DNA of 64,000 bases from an uncultured Alphaproteobacteria bacterium (GTDB taxonomy: Bacteria > Pseudomonadota > Alphaproteobacteria > RF32 > CAG-239). Location of the stretch: NCBI GenBank assembly GCA_944391415.1, contig CALXTM010000008.1:2092-66091 (forward strand), given 5' to 3'. This document shows, piece by piece, positions 40,266-50,535 of the stretch (the stretch's first letter is position 1; every line of letters starts with the position of its first letter). The notes beneath the pieces are model-generated. The model did not search any database, was not told the DNA's origin, and saw only the letters and a program-made list of their open reading frames with translations. Position numbers and translations under genes: made by a program.

Positions 40266-40293
40266 GTTTTTAAAACAAAGGCGGTTGTTTTTT
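40259..40293 (+). terminator. Attenuator-like terminator upstream of the XRE gene
   Basis: CCGCCTTGTTTT-T-AAAACAAAGGCGG followed by TTGTTTTTT, 26 nt before the ATG. Confidence 0.75.
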
Positions 40294-40319
40294 AGCAACG
40301 AACCCAAAGGAGAGCCTCC

Positions 40320-40805
40320 ATGCCAAATACCGCCAAACCTAACAAACCGGCCAAATCACGCTTAACCTCGCGCGGCAAAAATCCCAACGGTCTGCCCAAC
40401 CCGGTTGATATTCATATCGGTAACCGCATCAGGCTCAAACGCCAGGCTTTGGGATGGTCGCAAGATTATTTGTCAAAGATGCTAGGCATTACCTTTCAAC
40501 AAGTGCAAAAATATGAAAAAGGACAAAACCGTATCTCCGGCAGCAGGTTGTATGATTTTGCCGTTTTGTTTGGGGTGGATGTCAACTTTTTCTATCAGGA
40601 TATGCCGCAAAATGTTGCCAAGCAAAGCCCGCGCTATTTTTCGACCACCGCCGCACCAACCGGAAACGAAAATATGGTCAGTGGCAAGTTTGACGAGCTA
40701 AAAAGCGAACGCGCGCTCAAACTCTTGCGTACTTTCTTAAAAATTAACAACAAAAAAATCGCCGATAAACTGTTTGAATTTTTGGTGGCGCTTTCTCATT
40801 CGTAA
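40320..40805 (+). CDS. XRE-family HTH transcriptional regulator
   Basis: PNPVDIHIGNRIRLKR, GITFQQVQKYEKGQNRISGSRL (conserved alphaproteobacterial HTH_3 type); SD AAGGAG. Confidence 0.93.
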   Translation: MPNTAKPNKPAKSRLTSRGKNPNGLPNPVDIHIGNRIRLKRQALGWSQDYLSKMLGITFQQVQKYEKGQNRISGSRLYDFAVLFGVDVNFFYQDMPQNVAKQSPRYFSTTAAPTGNENMVSGKFDELKSERALKLLRTFLKINNKKIADKLFEFLVALSHS

Positions 40806-40835
40806 TATGATTTGAACAAAACCAATCGACTTGCT

Positions 40836-42482
40836 CTATTCTTGAGCAAATTTTTTGACATCACTTGGGTAATTGACATCAAAAAACTTTTTCTTATCTT
40901 TGATTTCAACGGTCTTGATATAGTCTGAATGTTCAACAAATATTGTTCTTACTTGTGAGTTCTCCGGCACTATATCGGCATAATCATAAAGCGATTTGCT
41001 CCACAAAACCGGGTTGCTCTTAATACCGTAGTTACTCATCATACAAATTTGTTTGTCAACCTTGGTATCAAAAACATTTATCAATTTATTCAAATCTGCG
41101 GCTTTGATATTTGGCATGTCTGCCGGCAGCAAAATTGCCCCGTCACAAGACGACGGTATTGACCTAAGCCCTAAAGAAATCGATGTCTTGATGCCCGAGG
41201 TATATGACGGATTATATAAAACATTGATATCATATTTATCAAGCCATTCTTCCATCTCTTCATGTCGATAGCCGGTAATGACAAAAACAGGCCTTGCATC
41301 CGACGCCACAGCCGCTTTTACGGCATGCATAAACAACGGCTCTCCGTTTTTGTCCTCAATCATAAGTTTGTTGGCTCCGGCACGACGTCCCTGCCCGGCT
41401 GCCAGAATAACTATACCAACACTGGCTTTTGCACCATCTGATGATTTGGCTGTCGATCTGATTAGTTTGTTTTGCTTGTTGGCGGCAAGCTTTGAACCAT
41501 ATGCCAACCAAGCCGGACGTTTGTGTGTAAAATCGGCCTCGGTCAACTGCGATGTAAATAATGCATGTTTAATCAGGCTATCTATTGCTACCGTATCAAC
41601 TCGGCCATACGAGTGCGGCAAAACAATTATGGTCGTATTGCCTTTTTTGCCAATCAGCAAGTCAGACGCTCCGACCTGAGGATAAAAATAATTAAAAATT
41701 TTATCAGATACGATCTTGAGACTGGCTGCCAACACATTATTGCTGCCAGATGAGCACAACGGGCTTATCACAAAAACAACATCTGCTCCTGATTTGCACG
41801 CGTCAAATAAAGATTCTGCTAAAATATTCTTTTCATATTGACTGTTAATCTCGTGGGCAAACTTTAGCCCCATACCTTCAAAATTGGTGACAAGTTTCAT
41901 TACCACCGAGGTAAAATCCATATTCTCGCTTTCATCGCGGATGAGATTGGTGTAGACCAAACTAACCTGGCGCTCCTTGATGGTGCCTATCTTCATCAAA
42001 CAAACATTGCCAGACAGCCGAAACAGCATATCGTTTATTTCATCTTCGTGCAATAAGGTGGGAGTTACTTCCAATTCGGCTATAATATCGCCTGATTTGA
42101 CAACCGTATAAGGAGATATCGTATTTAAAATAAAATGCTCATTGAAGCCATTGAATTTATCAAGCCGGTTTTCGTCGGCAATATAAATGCCGTCAAAAAT
42201 TGCAACTACCTTGCAAAGACCATCGTCATCAACAAAATAACCCAACCCTTCGCCACAAATTTTGGCGGCAACCTGAGTTAATGCCGTCCGATAGTCAATA
42301 TCTCCTTCTTCAAAAACAACACCGAAAACTTTATTGATATTATATTTTTTTAAGATATCAATATCCTCTGCCGTCAGAGCGTGTCCTTTGACATAATATT
42401 TTTCATCTAATGAAACATTGCGGCAAAGTCTTACGCCGATGGCCTGATTGGTGTTGAATTCTCCGTATTGCATATATCCCAA
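40836..42482 (-). CDS. Molybdopterin-binding domain fused to a MocA/MobA-like nucleotidyltransferase
   Basis: C-terminal ILAAGQGRR.G.NKL, YNPSY.SG..TS, ADMP, NPVLW, DVN; divergent MoeA-like N-terminus. Confidence 0.8.
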   Translation of the reverse strand: MGYMQYGEFNTNQAIGVRLCRNVSLDEKYYVKGHALTAEDIDILKKYNINKVFGVVFEEGDIDYRTALTQVAAKICGEGLGYFVDDDGLCKVVAIFDGIYIADENRLDKFNGFNEHFILNTISPYTVVKSGDIIAELEVTPTLLHEDEINDMLFRLSGNVCLMKIGTIKERQVSLVYTNLIRDESENMDFTSVVMKLVTNFEGMGLKFAHEINSQYEKNILAESLFDACKSGADVVFVISPLCSSGSNNVLAASLKIVSDKIFNYFYPQVGASDLLIGKKGNTTIIVLPHSYGRVDTVAIDSLIKHALFTSQLTEADFTHKRPAWLAYGSKLAANKQNKLIRSTAKSSDGAKASVGIVILAAGQGRRAGANKLMIEDKNGEPLFMHAVKAAVASDARPVFVITGYRHEEMEEWLDKYDINVLYNPSYTSGIKTSISLGLRSIPSSCDGAILLPADMPNIKAADLNKLINVFDTKVDKQICMMSNYGIKSNPVLWSKSLYDYADIVPENSQVRTIFVEHSDYIKTVEIKDKKKFFDVNYPSDVKKFAQE

Positions 42483-42490
42483 ACCCTACC

Positions 42491-44095
42491 TTACTTCAAA
42501 TAATTCAAAAGCGACAGATTCATTGCGCTACTCAAAACCTGGTATGAGGCTTCCAATGAATTTTGCGCAGCCAACAATTTTACCGTGGCTTCGGTTTTAT
42601 CAACATTTTTGACAGAATACACACTGTTTTCCAATGTGGTCTGATTAAGCTCTAAGGTTTCGTTGACGTTGTTTAGCGTAACATAATTGGCCGATATTTT
42701 GGCTATTACCAAAGACAAAGTCTCGTTTGTGCCATTGGTGGCTTGACCATTGTTGTCAATGGCTGACTGCAACATATCCATCGCCGAGTTTACCAATTGA
42801 TTAACCTCGTCGGCGTTGGTCACGTTGCCGTCTGCATCGGTTTGTATCAAATTGCCTTGGGCAATCTGGCCAAAGGCTATAAACAGTTTGTTAAATACAC
42901 TGTCATTGGCGCTGATATCCATCGTGATGCTCTGATTTTCAGATACACGGAAAGTCTCTGTTGCCGACCTGCCAACATAATAACTATTAGAGCTCATGCT
43001 CCACTTAGCATCGGCATCAACAGTTATCGGCAAATTGTCAAAATAACTGGGATCGGCGCGAACAATCAAATCACCATTGTTTTGAATGCCTATCACTTGC
43101 ATGGTGGGGGCTACATTGGCCGAACCGGAAAAATCGACCACCGTACCAATAGCAAACGAGGTACTGAGCGAAACTGCTTTGCCATTGGCACCAACGCCAT
43201 TGGTGTAAGCGGCATCGGCTGCCACCGGCGTGGTGTCAGAAAATGTAATCGTCTTGCCATCGGTTGAAACCGATTCAACAATATAGGCCGTGGTATTGCC
43301 ATCTTCATCGGTAAAGACCATCGTATCACCGGCACCAATCGTATTAAACGCTCCCCTGATAGATGCTTTTAATGTGTTATCGGTTGCCGAAAATGTCAAA
43401 TCACCCGTGGTCGATGCACCACCCGTAACCGCATTGTTCAAAAAGCCGTTGGTCGAAGATAATATAAACTGATTGTCTGCCGTGGCATCTTGCGTAAAAG
43501 TTAAATCCCCGCTACCTGCCGCATTGGCTACACGACTTGATAAATTGGCATTAAAAGTTGACGGATATTGAATGTTAATTCCATCGTAATAGCTTTGAAA
43601 ATCAGCCAAAGAGGAAAATTTGAACTGGGTCGGCGCAGATGAGGAGCCTGCTCCAAAAATATATTTGCCGGCAACCGAAGTATTAAGGGCGTCTGCCAAC
43701 AGCGACATACCAGAGAAAGCTATGGTTTGCAACTCAGAAATCGAGGCAGAGACCTCAGATGTCACGGCCTCGCCGTTTTTTAGGTCGGTTAACGCTGAAA
43801 GCGCATTATTAAGCTGGCTTTTAAATGAACTGACCGAATCTTCAACACTCTCCATAACCGTGCTCATCGCCTCAATCGTAGTGTTGAGAATAACATTATT
43901 GTTTGTAAAATTTTGGTTCACCGCCATCGAAGCTTCCAAGTTAACAATATTGGAGGCACTCATGCCATAACCGCCATAATTGGCATATTTAATGCCGGTG
44001 GTGGCTTGATAGCTGTACATATCAACCATGGACTTGGTATTCATGGTGCTGCTTAATAAATTCATATAACTTGCATAAGTAGGAACTCTTACCAT
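42491..44095 (-). CDS. flgL: Flagellar hook-associated protein 3 (FlgL-like)
   Basis: Flagellin-like termini (ALNTSVAGKYIFG; VDKTEATVKL...LEASYQV...LSLLNYLK); downstream of flgK. Confidence 0.85.
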   Translation of the reverse strand: MVRVPTYASYMNLLSSTMNTKSMVDMYSYQATTGIKYANYGGYGMSASNIVNLEASMAVNQNFTNNNVILNTTIEAMSTVMESVEDSVSSFKSQLNNALSALTDLKNGEAVTSEVSASISELQTIAFSGMSLLADALNTSVAGKYIFGAGSSSAPTQFKFSSLADFQSYYDGINIQYPSTFNANLSSRVANAAGSGDLTFTQDATADNQFILSSTNGFLNNAVTGGASTTGDLTFSATDNTLKASIRGAFNTIGAGDTMVFTDEDGNTTAYIVESVSTDGKTITFSDTTPVAADAAYTNGVGANGKAVSLSTSFAIGTVVDFSGSANVAPTMQVIGIQNNGDLIVRADPSYFDNLPITVDADAKWSMSSNSYYVGRSATETFRVSENQSITMDISANDSVFNKLFIAFGQIAQGNLIQTDADGNVTNADEVNQLVNSAMDMLQSAIDNNGQATNGTNETLSLVIAKISANYVTLNNVNETLELNQTTLENSVYSVKNVDKTEATVKLLAAQNSLEASYQVLSSAMNLSLLNYLK

Positions 44096-44113
44096 CGCTC
44101 AATCCTCCCTATT

Positions 44114-46300
44114 CTAATTAACTATGCCAAGCAAAACATCAAGTATCTCCCTTGATGCGGTGAAAACTTGGGCACAGGCCGCATATGATTGTTGATATAT
44201 AATCATTTGCGATAATTCTTCATCCAAATCTATGCCGCTAACCTCGGCCTCTTTATAAGAAATTGCCTCGGTCAAAGCGGTTTGATACTCGTAAGATGTT
44301 TGCGCCGTGTTGGTCAGACTTGCCACGTTGCCGACAAATGTCGAAGTATAGTTGGCAATTGTGGTCGAGGTTTGAGCCATATCTCCAGATTGCTTAAAAC
44401 TTTGGGTGGAGGTGAAAACATCTGCCAGCTGATTGGCTATGTTGTTGGATGCACCGTTGATTATATATGCCCCCTTGGTGGCATTAAAGTTTGGCGTGCC
44501 GGCGGCAATCAAATTGGCATTGTTCAAAATATCTTCTCTTACCCCTAAGACCGCAGCATAGCCACAATTCGACGGAGCCATGTCAAGTTTATCTAAAACT
44601 CCGCCACCTGCCGTCTCGGCTATTTCCAATTGCGCTCCCTCCAGACTTGCGATACGCAACATATAGCCATCTCCGTTGGCAACTACCGATGCCGTTATGT
44701 GCGTGTTCAAATCCGCATTGGCATTAATCTCATTGGCAATGTCTTGAATCGTCATGGAGCGAGTAATGTTGATGGAACCATAGTTCAAGCCATTGACCGA
44801 ATCTGAAAAACTCCAAGTTGTAGGAGTATTTACCCCGACCGAGGCCGTATTGCTTACGACTTTGGAGTCATAAATATATTCGGTCTTGTCGGTTACAAAA
44901 AAGTCGTTAAGGCCAAAAAAGTCCGAAAATCCACTGGCCGTCGTGTCATACTTGCCATCACCGTTGACATCAAAACTTAAAGATACATTTTGCTGTCCGG
45001 AACCGGGAGTCGAGCTTGCTTCATCAATAATCGAGATGGTGTAGTCACTGTCTCCGGTGCTGATGACCAAATTGCCATTGCCGTTCATAGAAACACTGGC
45101 ATCGGGCAAATTGGCGCCGGTTGCCGATTGCATCCAGCCTTGTAAGTCATTCATCATCTGAGTCAGAGAACCTTGGCTAAAACCTATACCCCCTACTAAT
45201 GTCGTGGTGGCTGCTTGATTGCCGTTTTCATCAAAAATGATGAACCTGACATCGCCACTGTCAATCTTGATACCTTGATTATACTCTCCCGTCGCATTAT
45301 TGCCGATAAAAGTTGCCGTACCGGTCATTTCATAGGGCATGTTGGGATAGGCCGTGCCTTGGTTATGAACCGAATTGATTTGTGTGTAAACAACATAGGC
45401 CAACTCGTCCAGCTGACTTTGCAACGACGGCAAAGTATTGTCTCTGATTTCTATCAGACCGCCAATGCTGCCACCGGTTAATTGCGAGGTGATATCAACA
45501 CCATCAACATATATACCCTGAATATTGCCGGTATCATAACTGTTGTCTGCTCCAACTTGCGCCAAAGCAGCATGTGATAACTCGTGAACTTCGTTGTCCA
45601 AAAGCATCACCCCAGAGGTGGTTTGAATTACAACCTCGCCGTTGTCTCTGGTATAGTAAGTGATATCAAGATATTCACTTAAATCTCTTAGAGCCTCGTC
45701 CCTTTGGTCTTGCAAATTGGCAACCCCGTCGCGGTTGAGAACATTATATTTAACAATGTCGGTATTTAACGCCTTAATGCTTTGCAATAAAGAATTGATA
45801 TTGGCTACAGCATCGTTGATCTCCATATCGGCATCACCGCGAAGAGTTTGAATATTGCTTGATAAATAATTGAGTTTGTTGGTCAGATTCTGAGCCTCGC
45901 TCAATAGTGAATAACGCGATGCAGCCGATGTAACATTGGTCGAAAATGTCTCAAAAGCACTCTGCAACGAACTTACATTTGAGGCTATCGAGTTGCCGGC
46001 TGCGGTTGTTCCCATAAGGTTGTCCAACCGGCTTAGATAGTCATATTGCGAAGACAATGATGACGTCAAAGCATTGGATGACAAAAAGCTTTTTAACAAA
46101 CCCTCGTCAACCGTCCTTTGGATATTGCCCATTTTAACGCCCATCGTGTTACCGGCAACAACATTGGCCGATTGACTGGCACTCTTGCGGGTATAACCCT
46201 TGGTATCAACATTGGCGATGTTGTTGCTTACTATCTCCAATTGAGACTGGGCTACTTTCATTCCCGATAATGAGCTCGAAATACTGCTTAATAATGCCAT
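44114..46300 (-). CDS. flgK: Flagellar hook-associated protein 1
   Basis: SNNIANVDTKGYTRK, LQDQRD, GGSIGGLIEIRD, SGIDLDEEL..QQSYAA. Confidence 0.95.
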   Translation of the reverse strand: MALLSSISSSLSGMKVAQSQLEIVSNNIANVDTKGYTRKSASQSANVVAGNTMGVKMGNIQRTVDEGLLKSFLSSNALTSSLSSQYDYLSRLDNLMGTTAAGNSIASNVSSLQSAFETFSTNVTSAASRYSLLSEAQNLTNKLNYLSSNIQTLRGDADMEINDAVANINSLLQSIKALNTDIVKYNVLNRDGVANLQDQRDEALRDLSEYLDITYYTRDNGEVVIQTTSGVMLLDNEVHELSHAALAQVGADNSYDTGNIQGIYVDGVDITSQLTGGSIGGLIEIRDNTLPSLQSQLDELAYVVYTQINSVHNQGTAYPNMPYEMTGTATFIGNNATGEYNQGIKIDSGDVRFIIFDENGNQAATTTLVGGIGFSQGSLTQMMNDLQGWMQSATGANLPDASVSMNGNGNLVISTGDSDYTISIIDEASSTPGSGQQNVSLSFDVNGDGKYDTTASGFSDFFGLNDFFVTDKTEYIYDSKVVSNTASVGVNTPTTWSFSDSVNGLNYGSINITRSMTIQDIANEINANADLNTHITASVVANGDGYMLRIASLEGAQLEIAETAGGGVLDKLDMAPSNCGYAAVLGVREDILNNANLIAAGTPNFNATKGAYIINGASNNIANQLADVFTSTQSFKQSGDMAQTSTTIANYTSTFVGNVASLTNTAQTSYEYQTALTEAISYKEAEVSGIDLDEELSQMIIYQQSYAACAQVFTASREILDVLLGIVN

Positions 46301-46314
46301 TTTCTTTCTCCCGC

Positions 46315-46767
46315 TTATAATGTCCGGTTAAATGCCAACGCATTGCGATTGTTGTCAAGCGGCGTATAGGTGCCGTGCGACCCATATGAGGTTGCATTGG
46401 ATTTGTTGACATTTTTGGCTATGTTGATAATGGTGTCCATAACCTTTTTGCCGGCTTCCATTCTGGTTTTTAATAATAGCTCGTTGGTATGCAAAGCCTT
46501 GTCAAGCTCTGCCGATAGCTCTTTTAATTCGTCTTTTTCTTTGCCGGTATAGGCGGCAACAAGCGCACGATTTTTGATAAAAAACGCACTGGCCGAACGA
46601 TACGCCGCAACGGTTTTTATTTTTTGTTCATACAAAACTTTGACCCCTGCAATATCTCCTTTTTGCAAGGCATCGTTTTCTTTGATGATCACATCTTTGA
46701 AACCCAAAACTACCTGCTTCATAAGATCGATTTTTTCTAAAATGTCTTTTTCTTGCAATTCTGCCAT
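46315..46767 (-). CDS. flgN: FlgN-like flagellar export chaperone
   Basis: Helical 150 aa between flgJ and flgK; ENDAL, NELLL, C-terminal YG..G. Confidence 0.65.
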   Translation of the reverse strand: MAELQEKDILEKIDLMKQVVLGFKDVIIKENDALQKGDIAGVKVLYEQKIKTVAAYRSASAFFIKNRALVAAYTGKEKDELKELSAELDKALHTNELLLKTRMEAGKKVMDTIINIAKNVNKSNATSYGSHGTYTPLDNNRNALAFNRTL

Positions 46768-46784
46768 GGCTTCCTCCCAGTAAA

Positions 46785-47123
46785 TTATATTTTAACACCG
46801 GCGGATGCATTCTCCTGAAGCTTTAGTATCGCATCCATAACATAATCTTTTACGCCGACCGTGCCAAGTTTGGCCATTTCTTTGCCGTATTCATCCAAAA
46901 GAAGTGAACGATAGATCTTTTCTGCCTCGCCACCGCCAAACATTCCGTCGGTCGATACTCCTTCAAACATGCTCTCCATCATGCGGCTTAGAAAAAATGC
47001 TTCGAAATCTTGGGCCGCAGCCTCGGCTTTGGCCTTATCCGCAGAGTTGAGATCAGACAAATCGGGCTTCTTTGTCTGGGGTATATTATAAATTGCATTA
47101 TTTAAGTTTATGTCGGTAACCAT
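46785..47123 (-). CDS. flgJ: Rod-binding protein (single-domain FlgJ)
   Basis: AAQDFEAFFLSRMMESMF, FGGGEAEKIYRSLLLDEY. Confidence 0.88.
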   Translation of the reverse strand: MVTDINLNNAIYNIPQTKKPDLSDLNSADKAKAEAAAQDFEAFFLSRMMESMFEGVSTDGMFGGGEAEKIYRSLLLDEYGKEMAKLGTVGVKDYVMDAILKLQENASAGVKI

Positions 47124-47134
47124 GCCCTGCCTCC

Positions 47135-48265
47135 TTAAATAATCTCTATCTCGGCCTGAAGTGCACCGCTTGCTTTAATTGCCTGCAAAATGCCTATTAA
47201 ATCACGCGGGGTTACACCTAAGGCATTGAGCCCGTCAACCAACTCTTGCAAATTAATTCCGGTGTCTAATACCTGCATCTTGGCCTCGGTATCTTCTTCA
47301 ATATCAATAAGCGAAGTATTAACAACTACCGGCTCGCCCATGGTAAACGGCTCTGGTTGAGAAATAAGTGGAATGTCGGTTATCTTGATGGTCAAATTTC
47401 CTTGAGCTATGGCCAGACGATTAATTTTGACATCTTTGCCGATAACTACAATGCCGGAACTTTCATCAACCACCACTTTGGCTGATTGATCAGGTTGGAC
47501 CTGTAATTGCTCAACCTTGGTCATTAAACCTACAATATTATCCTGATATTCATACGGAACATCAAGCGTAACCGTACCCGGATCCAGCGCCTTGGCCGCG
47601 GTTGTTCCCAACATCGCATTAATGGCACCGGCAATGCGTCGCGATGTCGTAAAGTCAGGATTGCGCAAAGCTATGTTGATACTGTCCAAACTATCAAGCT
47701 CAAAAGGAATCTCTTTTTCGATAATTGCTCCGCTTGCTATACGACCTGCCGTCGGAACACCTTTGACAATTGAAGAACCCGAAGTATTGCTGCTGCCGGC
47801 TACCGCCCCTGTGGCAATAGTGCCTTGAGCAACCGCATAAACCTCGCCGTCTGCACCTTTCAAGGTGGTGGCTATCAAGGTGCCTCCTTGCAAATCTTTG
47901 GCATCGCCAAGAGCCGAAACCGTTACGTCAATACGAGAGCCTTGACGGGCAAAGGCCGGCAAGTTGGCCGTTACCATTACGGCAGCTACGTTTTTAGCCT
48001 TGATCTGACCATCGCGGGCGTTGACACCAACCATATCCAACATCGAAATCAAACTTTCTTTGGCAAAATCTACCGATTTGATATTATCGCCGGTGCCGTT
48101 TAAGCCGACAACCAGGCCATAACCTACCAATTGGTTATCTCTGACCCCTTCAAAATCGGCAATATCTTTTATGCGCGAAACCGCAAATGCCCGATTGCTA
48201 AAGGTCAAAGACGACAGCACTATCGTTATAAATCCCAATATTTTCAATGTGTTAGCAAGTTTCAT
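47135..48265 (-). CDS. flgI: Flagellar P-ring protein
   Basis: RIKDI..FEGVRDNQLVGYGLVVGLNGTGD, KNVAAVMVTA, GALQAE; start trimmed to MKLANT. Confidence 0.97.
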   Translation of the reverse strand: MKLANTLKILGFITIVLSSLTFSNRAFAVSRIKDIADFEGVRDNQLVGYGLVVGLNGTGDNIKSVDFAKESLISMLDMVGVNARDGQIKAKNVAAVMVTANLPAFARQGSRIDVTVSALGDAKDLQGGTLIATTLKGADGEVYAVAQGTIATGAVAGSSNTSGSSIVKGVPTAGRIASGAIIEKEIPFELDSLDSINIALRNPDFTTSRRIAGAINAMLGTTAAKALDPGTVTLDVPYEYQDNIVGLMTKVEQLQVQPDQSAKVVVDESSGIVVIGKDVKINRLAIAQGNLTIKITDIPLISQPEPFTMGEPVVVNTSLIDIEEDTEAKMQVLDTGINLQELVDGLNALGVTPRDLIGILQAIKASGALQAEIEII

Positions 48266-48310
48266 TTTACATATTCCCAACAAAGGTGCAGTTAACTTTG
48301 CTAAAATATA

Positions 48311-48326
48311 TGCAAAATGTATGCCA
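48311..48326 (-). promoter_or_regulatory. Sigma54 promoter of the flgI operon
   Basis: Minus strand TGGCAT-ACATT-TTGCA (-24/-12). Confidence 0.8.
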
Positions 48327-48383
48327 AAAAAACATAAACACCAATAAAAAAACAGCAAAACCTGTTTTCACGGTTTTTGCTGT

Positions 48384-48599
48384 TTAGTAGTGATAATAGT
48401 TGATCGAGGTGGTGTCTTGAGCAGAATCAATACCCAAATCACGCTGCAGCACATCATAGTTGGCTTTGCTGTTGTTAACCAGGTGCTGAAAACTCTGCAA
48501 TGTTCTGTCAGTGGCATTTAAAAAACTAATCAGTGACGAACATCCGCTCAGACTAAATACAGCCACCAAAGCTAAAAATAATAATATTTTCTTTTTCAT
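48384..48599 (-). CDS. Small lipoprotein
   Basis: MKKK + hydrophobic stretch + lipobox LSGC; followed by a hairpin at ~48351-48385. Confidence 0.75.
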   Translation of the reverse strand: MKKKILLFLALVAVFSLSGCSSLISFLNATDRTLQSFQHLVNNSKANYDVLQRDLGIDSAQDTTSINYYHY

Positions 48600-48796
48600 A
48601 ATTTATAAATTTTAATTTTGTGGTTTAGTTATAACATAGAATGCTTTATCTTGCAAGATAAAAGCCGCAAGCCTTTTGCTCAACAGCGACTGAAAAAATA
48701 TGCAACTTAACTTTAATTGATTGTGGATGGTTAAAAAGGTTTACATCCTAAAATTTTGAGATTATTTTTAAGAATGAACAACAAAGGATTATAAAT

Positions 48797-49291
48797 ATGA
48801 ACTCTCAATATAATGATTTTGACATAAAGGCAATGAAGGAAGCTATTAAACTCTCTGCTTCTTCGCTTGAATGCAAGGATATTCCAGATGGCGGGCCTTT
48901 TGGCGCGGTAATCTATGATAAAAACGGAAATTTTGTGGCCGGAGGATATAATCATGTATTGGCCAACCACGACCCATCGGCTCATGGCGAAGTACAGGCC
49001 ATAAGAGCGGCCGGGCAAAAACTCAAAACTTGGGATTTGACAGGTTGCACGCTTTATACCAGCTGCGAGCCCTGCCCAATGTGCCTGATGACCGCCAAAT
49101 GGGCCAACATCAACAAAATATTTTTTGCCGCAACCAGAAAAGACGCCGCCAATATCGGCTTTCGAGATGATGATTTGTATGAGCTCTTAAAACCCAATGT
49201 TTTTGCCACGCAAATTACCGAATGTCACAATGAGGCGGTTGAGGTAATGCAAAAATGGCTTGCCAAATTCGACAACAACGGAAGTTATTAA
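48797..49291 (+). CDS. Nucleoside/guanine deaminase (CDA fold)
   Basis: GGPFGAVI, DPSAHGEV, SCEPCPMC, IGFRDD. Confidence 0.9.
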   Translation: MNSQYNDFDIKAMKEAIKLSASSLECKDIPDGGPFGAVIYDKNGNFVAGGYNHVLANHDPSAHGEVQAIRAAGQKLKTWDLTGCTLYTSCEPCPMCLMTAKWANINKIFFAATRKDAANIGFRDDDLYELLKPNVFATQITECHNEAVEVMQKWLAKFDNNGSY

Positions 49292-49321
49292 AAAAAAGAG
49301 GTGCAAAAACCGCACCTCTTT
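49292..49321. terminator. Terminator between the convergent deaminase and rpsI genes
   Basis: AAAGAGGTGC-AAAAACC-GCACCTCTTT preceded by an A-run. Confidence 0.75.
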
Positions 49322-49346
49322 GTAATTTGAGCCTGAACCCCAACGA

Positions 49347-49829
49347 TTAACGTTTAGAGAACTGATAAGAACGACGGGCTTTGGCACGACCGTATTTCTT
49401 ACGCTCTACCGTTCTGTCATCACGGGTCAAGAAACCAGCCTTCTTCAAGCAATCGCGCAATTCCGGCTCATACTCGTTCAAAGCCTTGGAAATACCGTGT
49501 TTGATGGCACCGGCCTGACCAGACAAGCCACCGCCTTTTACCGTACAAACTACGTCAAACTCATTTACACGATTGGCAACCTCAAAAGGTTGGTTAATAA
49601 TCATCTTCAATACCGGACGAGCAAAATACTGATCAATCGATTTCTCGTTGATGGTGATATTGCCTTTGCCAGCCTTAATCCATACACGGGCAACAGCATC
49701 TTTTCTCTTGCCGGTAGCATATGCACGGCCTTGCTTGTCTTTTTTGGCCTTGCGAACAACAGCCTCTGCGCCAGATTCAACCTTGGCTGCCTTTTTGATG
49801 TCTTGTAATGATTCTATTTTCTCAGCCAT
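49347..49829 (-). CDS. rpsI: 30S ribosomal protein S9
   Basis: [34 protein letters not shown]. Confidence 0.98.
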   Translation of the reverse strand: MAEKIESLQDIKKAAKVESGAEAVVRKAKKDKQGRAYATGKRKDAVARVWIKAGKGNITINEKSIDQYFARPVLKMIINQPFEVANRVNEFDVVCTVKGGGLSGQAGAIKHGISKALNEYEPELRDCLKKAGFLTRDDRTVERKKYGRAKARRSYQFSKR

Positions 49830-49831
49830 GG

Positions 49832-50296
49832 TTATCTGCTCCTTTTATTCTTCGGGTTCTGAGATGCAATGTCCAAAACTGTCGGGTTTTGGGCGGTGTG
49901 CGGATGCTCACTGCCGGCATAAACTTTGAGCTTGGTCATTTGCTGACGGCCCATCGGATTGCGCGAAAGCATACGCTCAACAGCCTTGATGATAACTCTC
50001 TCAGGAAAACGACCATGCAAGAGTTTCTCGGCTGTGGTCTCTTTGATGCCACCAATCCAGCCGGTGTGTTTGAAATATTTCTTGGCAGACAGTTTGTTGC
50101 CGGTTAATTTTACTTTGTCAGCATTGATTACTACGACATAGTCGCCGCAATCAAGGTTGGGAACAAAGTTGGGTTTGTGTTTGCCGCGCAAAATCTTGGC
50201 GATCTCGGCCGATAAACGACCCAATACTACGCCCTCGGCATCAACTACATACCATTTTCTCTCAATATCTGAGGGTTTTGTTGCATATGTGCTCAT
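49832..50296 (-). CDS. rplM: 50S ribosomal protein L13
   Basis: WYVVDA...[27 protein letters not shown]. Confidence 0.98.
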   Translation of the reverse strand: MSTYATKPSDIERKWYVVDAEGVVLGRLSAEIAKILRGKHKPNFVPNLDCGDYVVVINADKVKLTGNKLSAKKYFKHTGWIGGIKETTAEKLLHGRFPERVIIKAVERMLSRNPMGRQQMTKLKVYAGSEHPHTAQNPTVLDIASQNPKNKRSR

Positions 50297-50535
50297 TGAT
50301 CTTCCTCTTTAGGTTAGAAATAAAATTCGTTGCCAATATACATAATTAAATTTTATTGTCAATAAAAAAATTTGCATATTTTTCAATATATTATTTAATG
50401 GTATTATAATACCGTTTGCTAATATACTGATTTTTCATATTTTTTGTGTTTTATTGGAAAAATATTTTTACACCTATTGTATAATCATCTTTTGCGCTTA
50501 TTTAAGTTTAATAAAAACTTATACAAAGCGGAAGT

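Noticed and set aside
48700-48796. Purine-sensing riboswitch upstream of the deaminase
   Set aside because: Only a weak GGATG/CATCC stem; no purine riboswitch consensus
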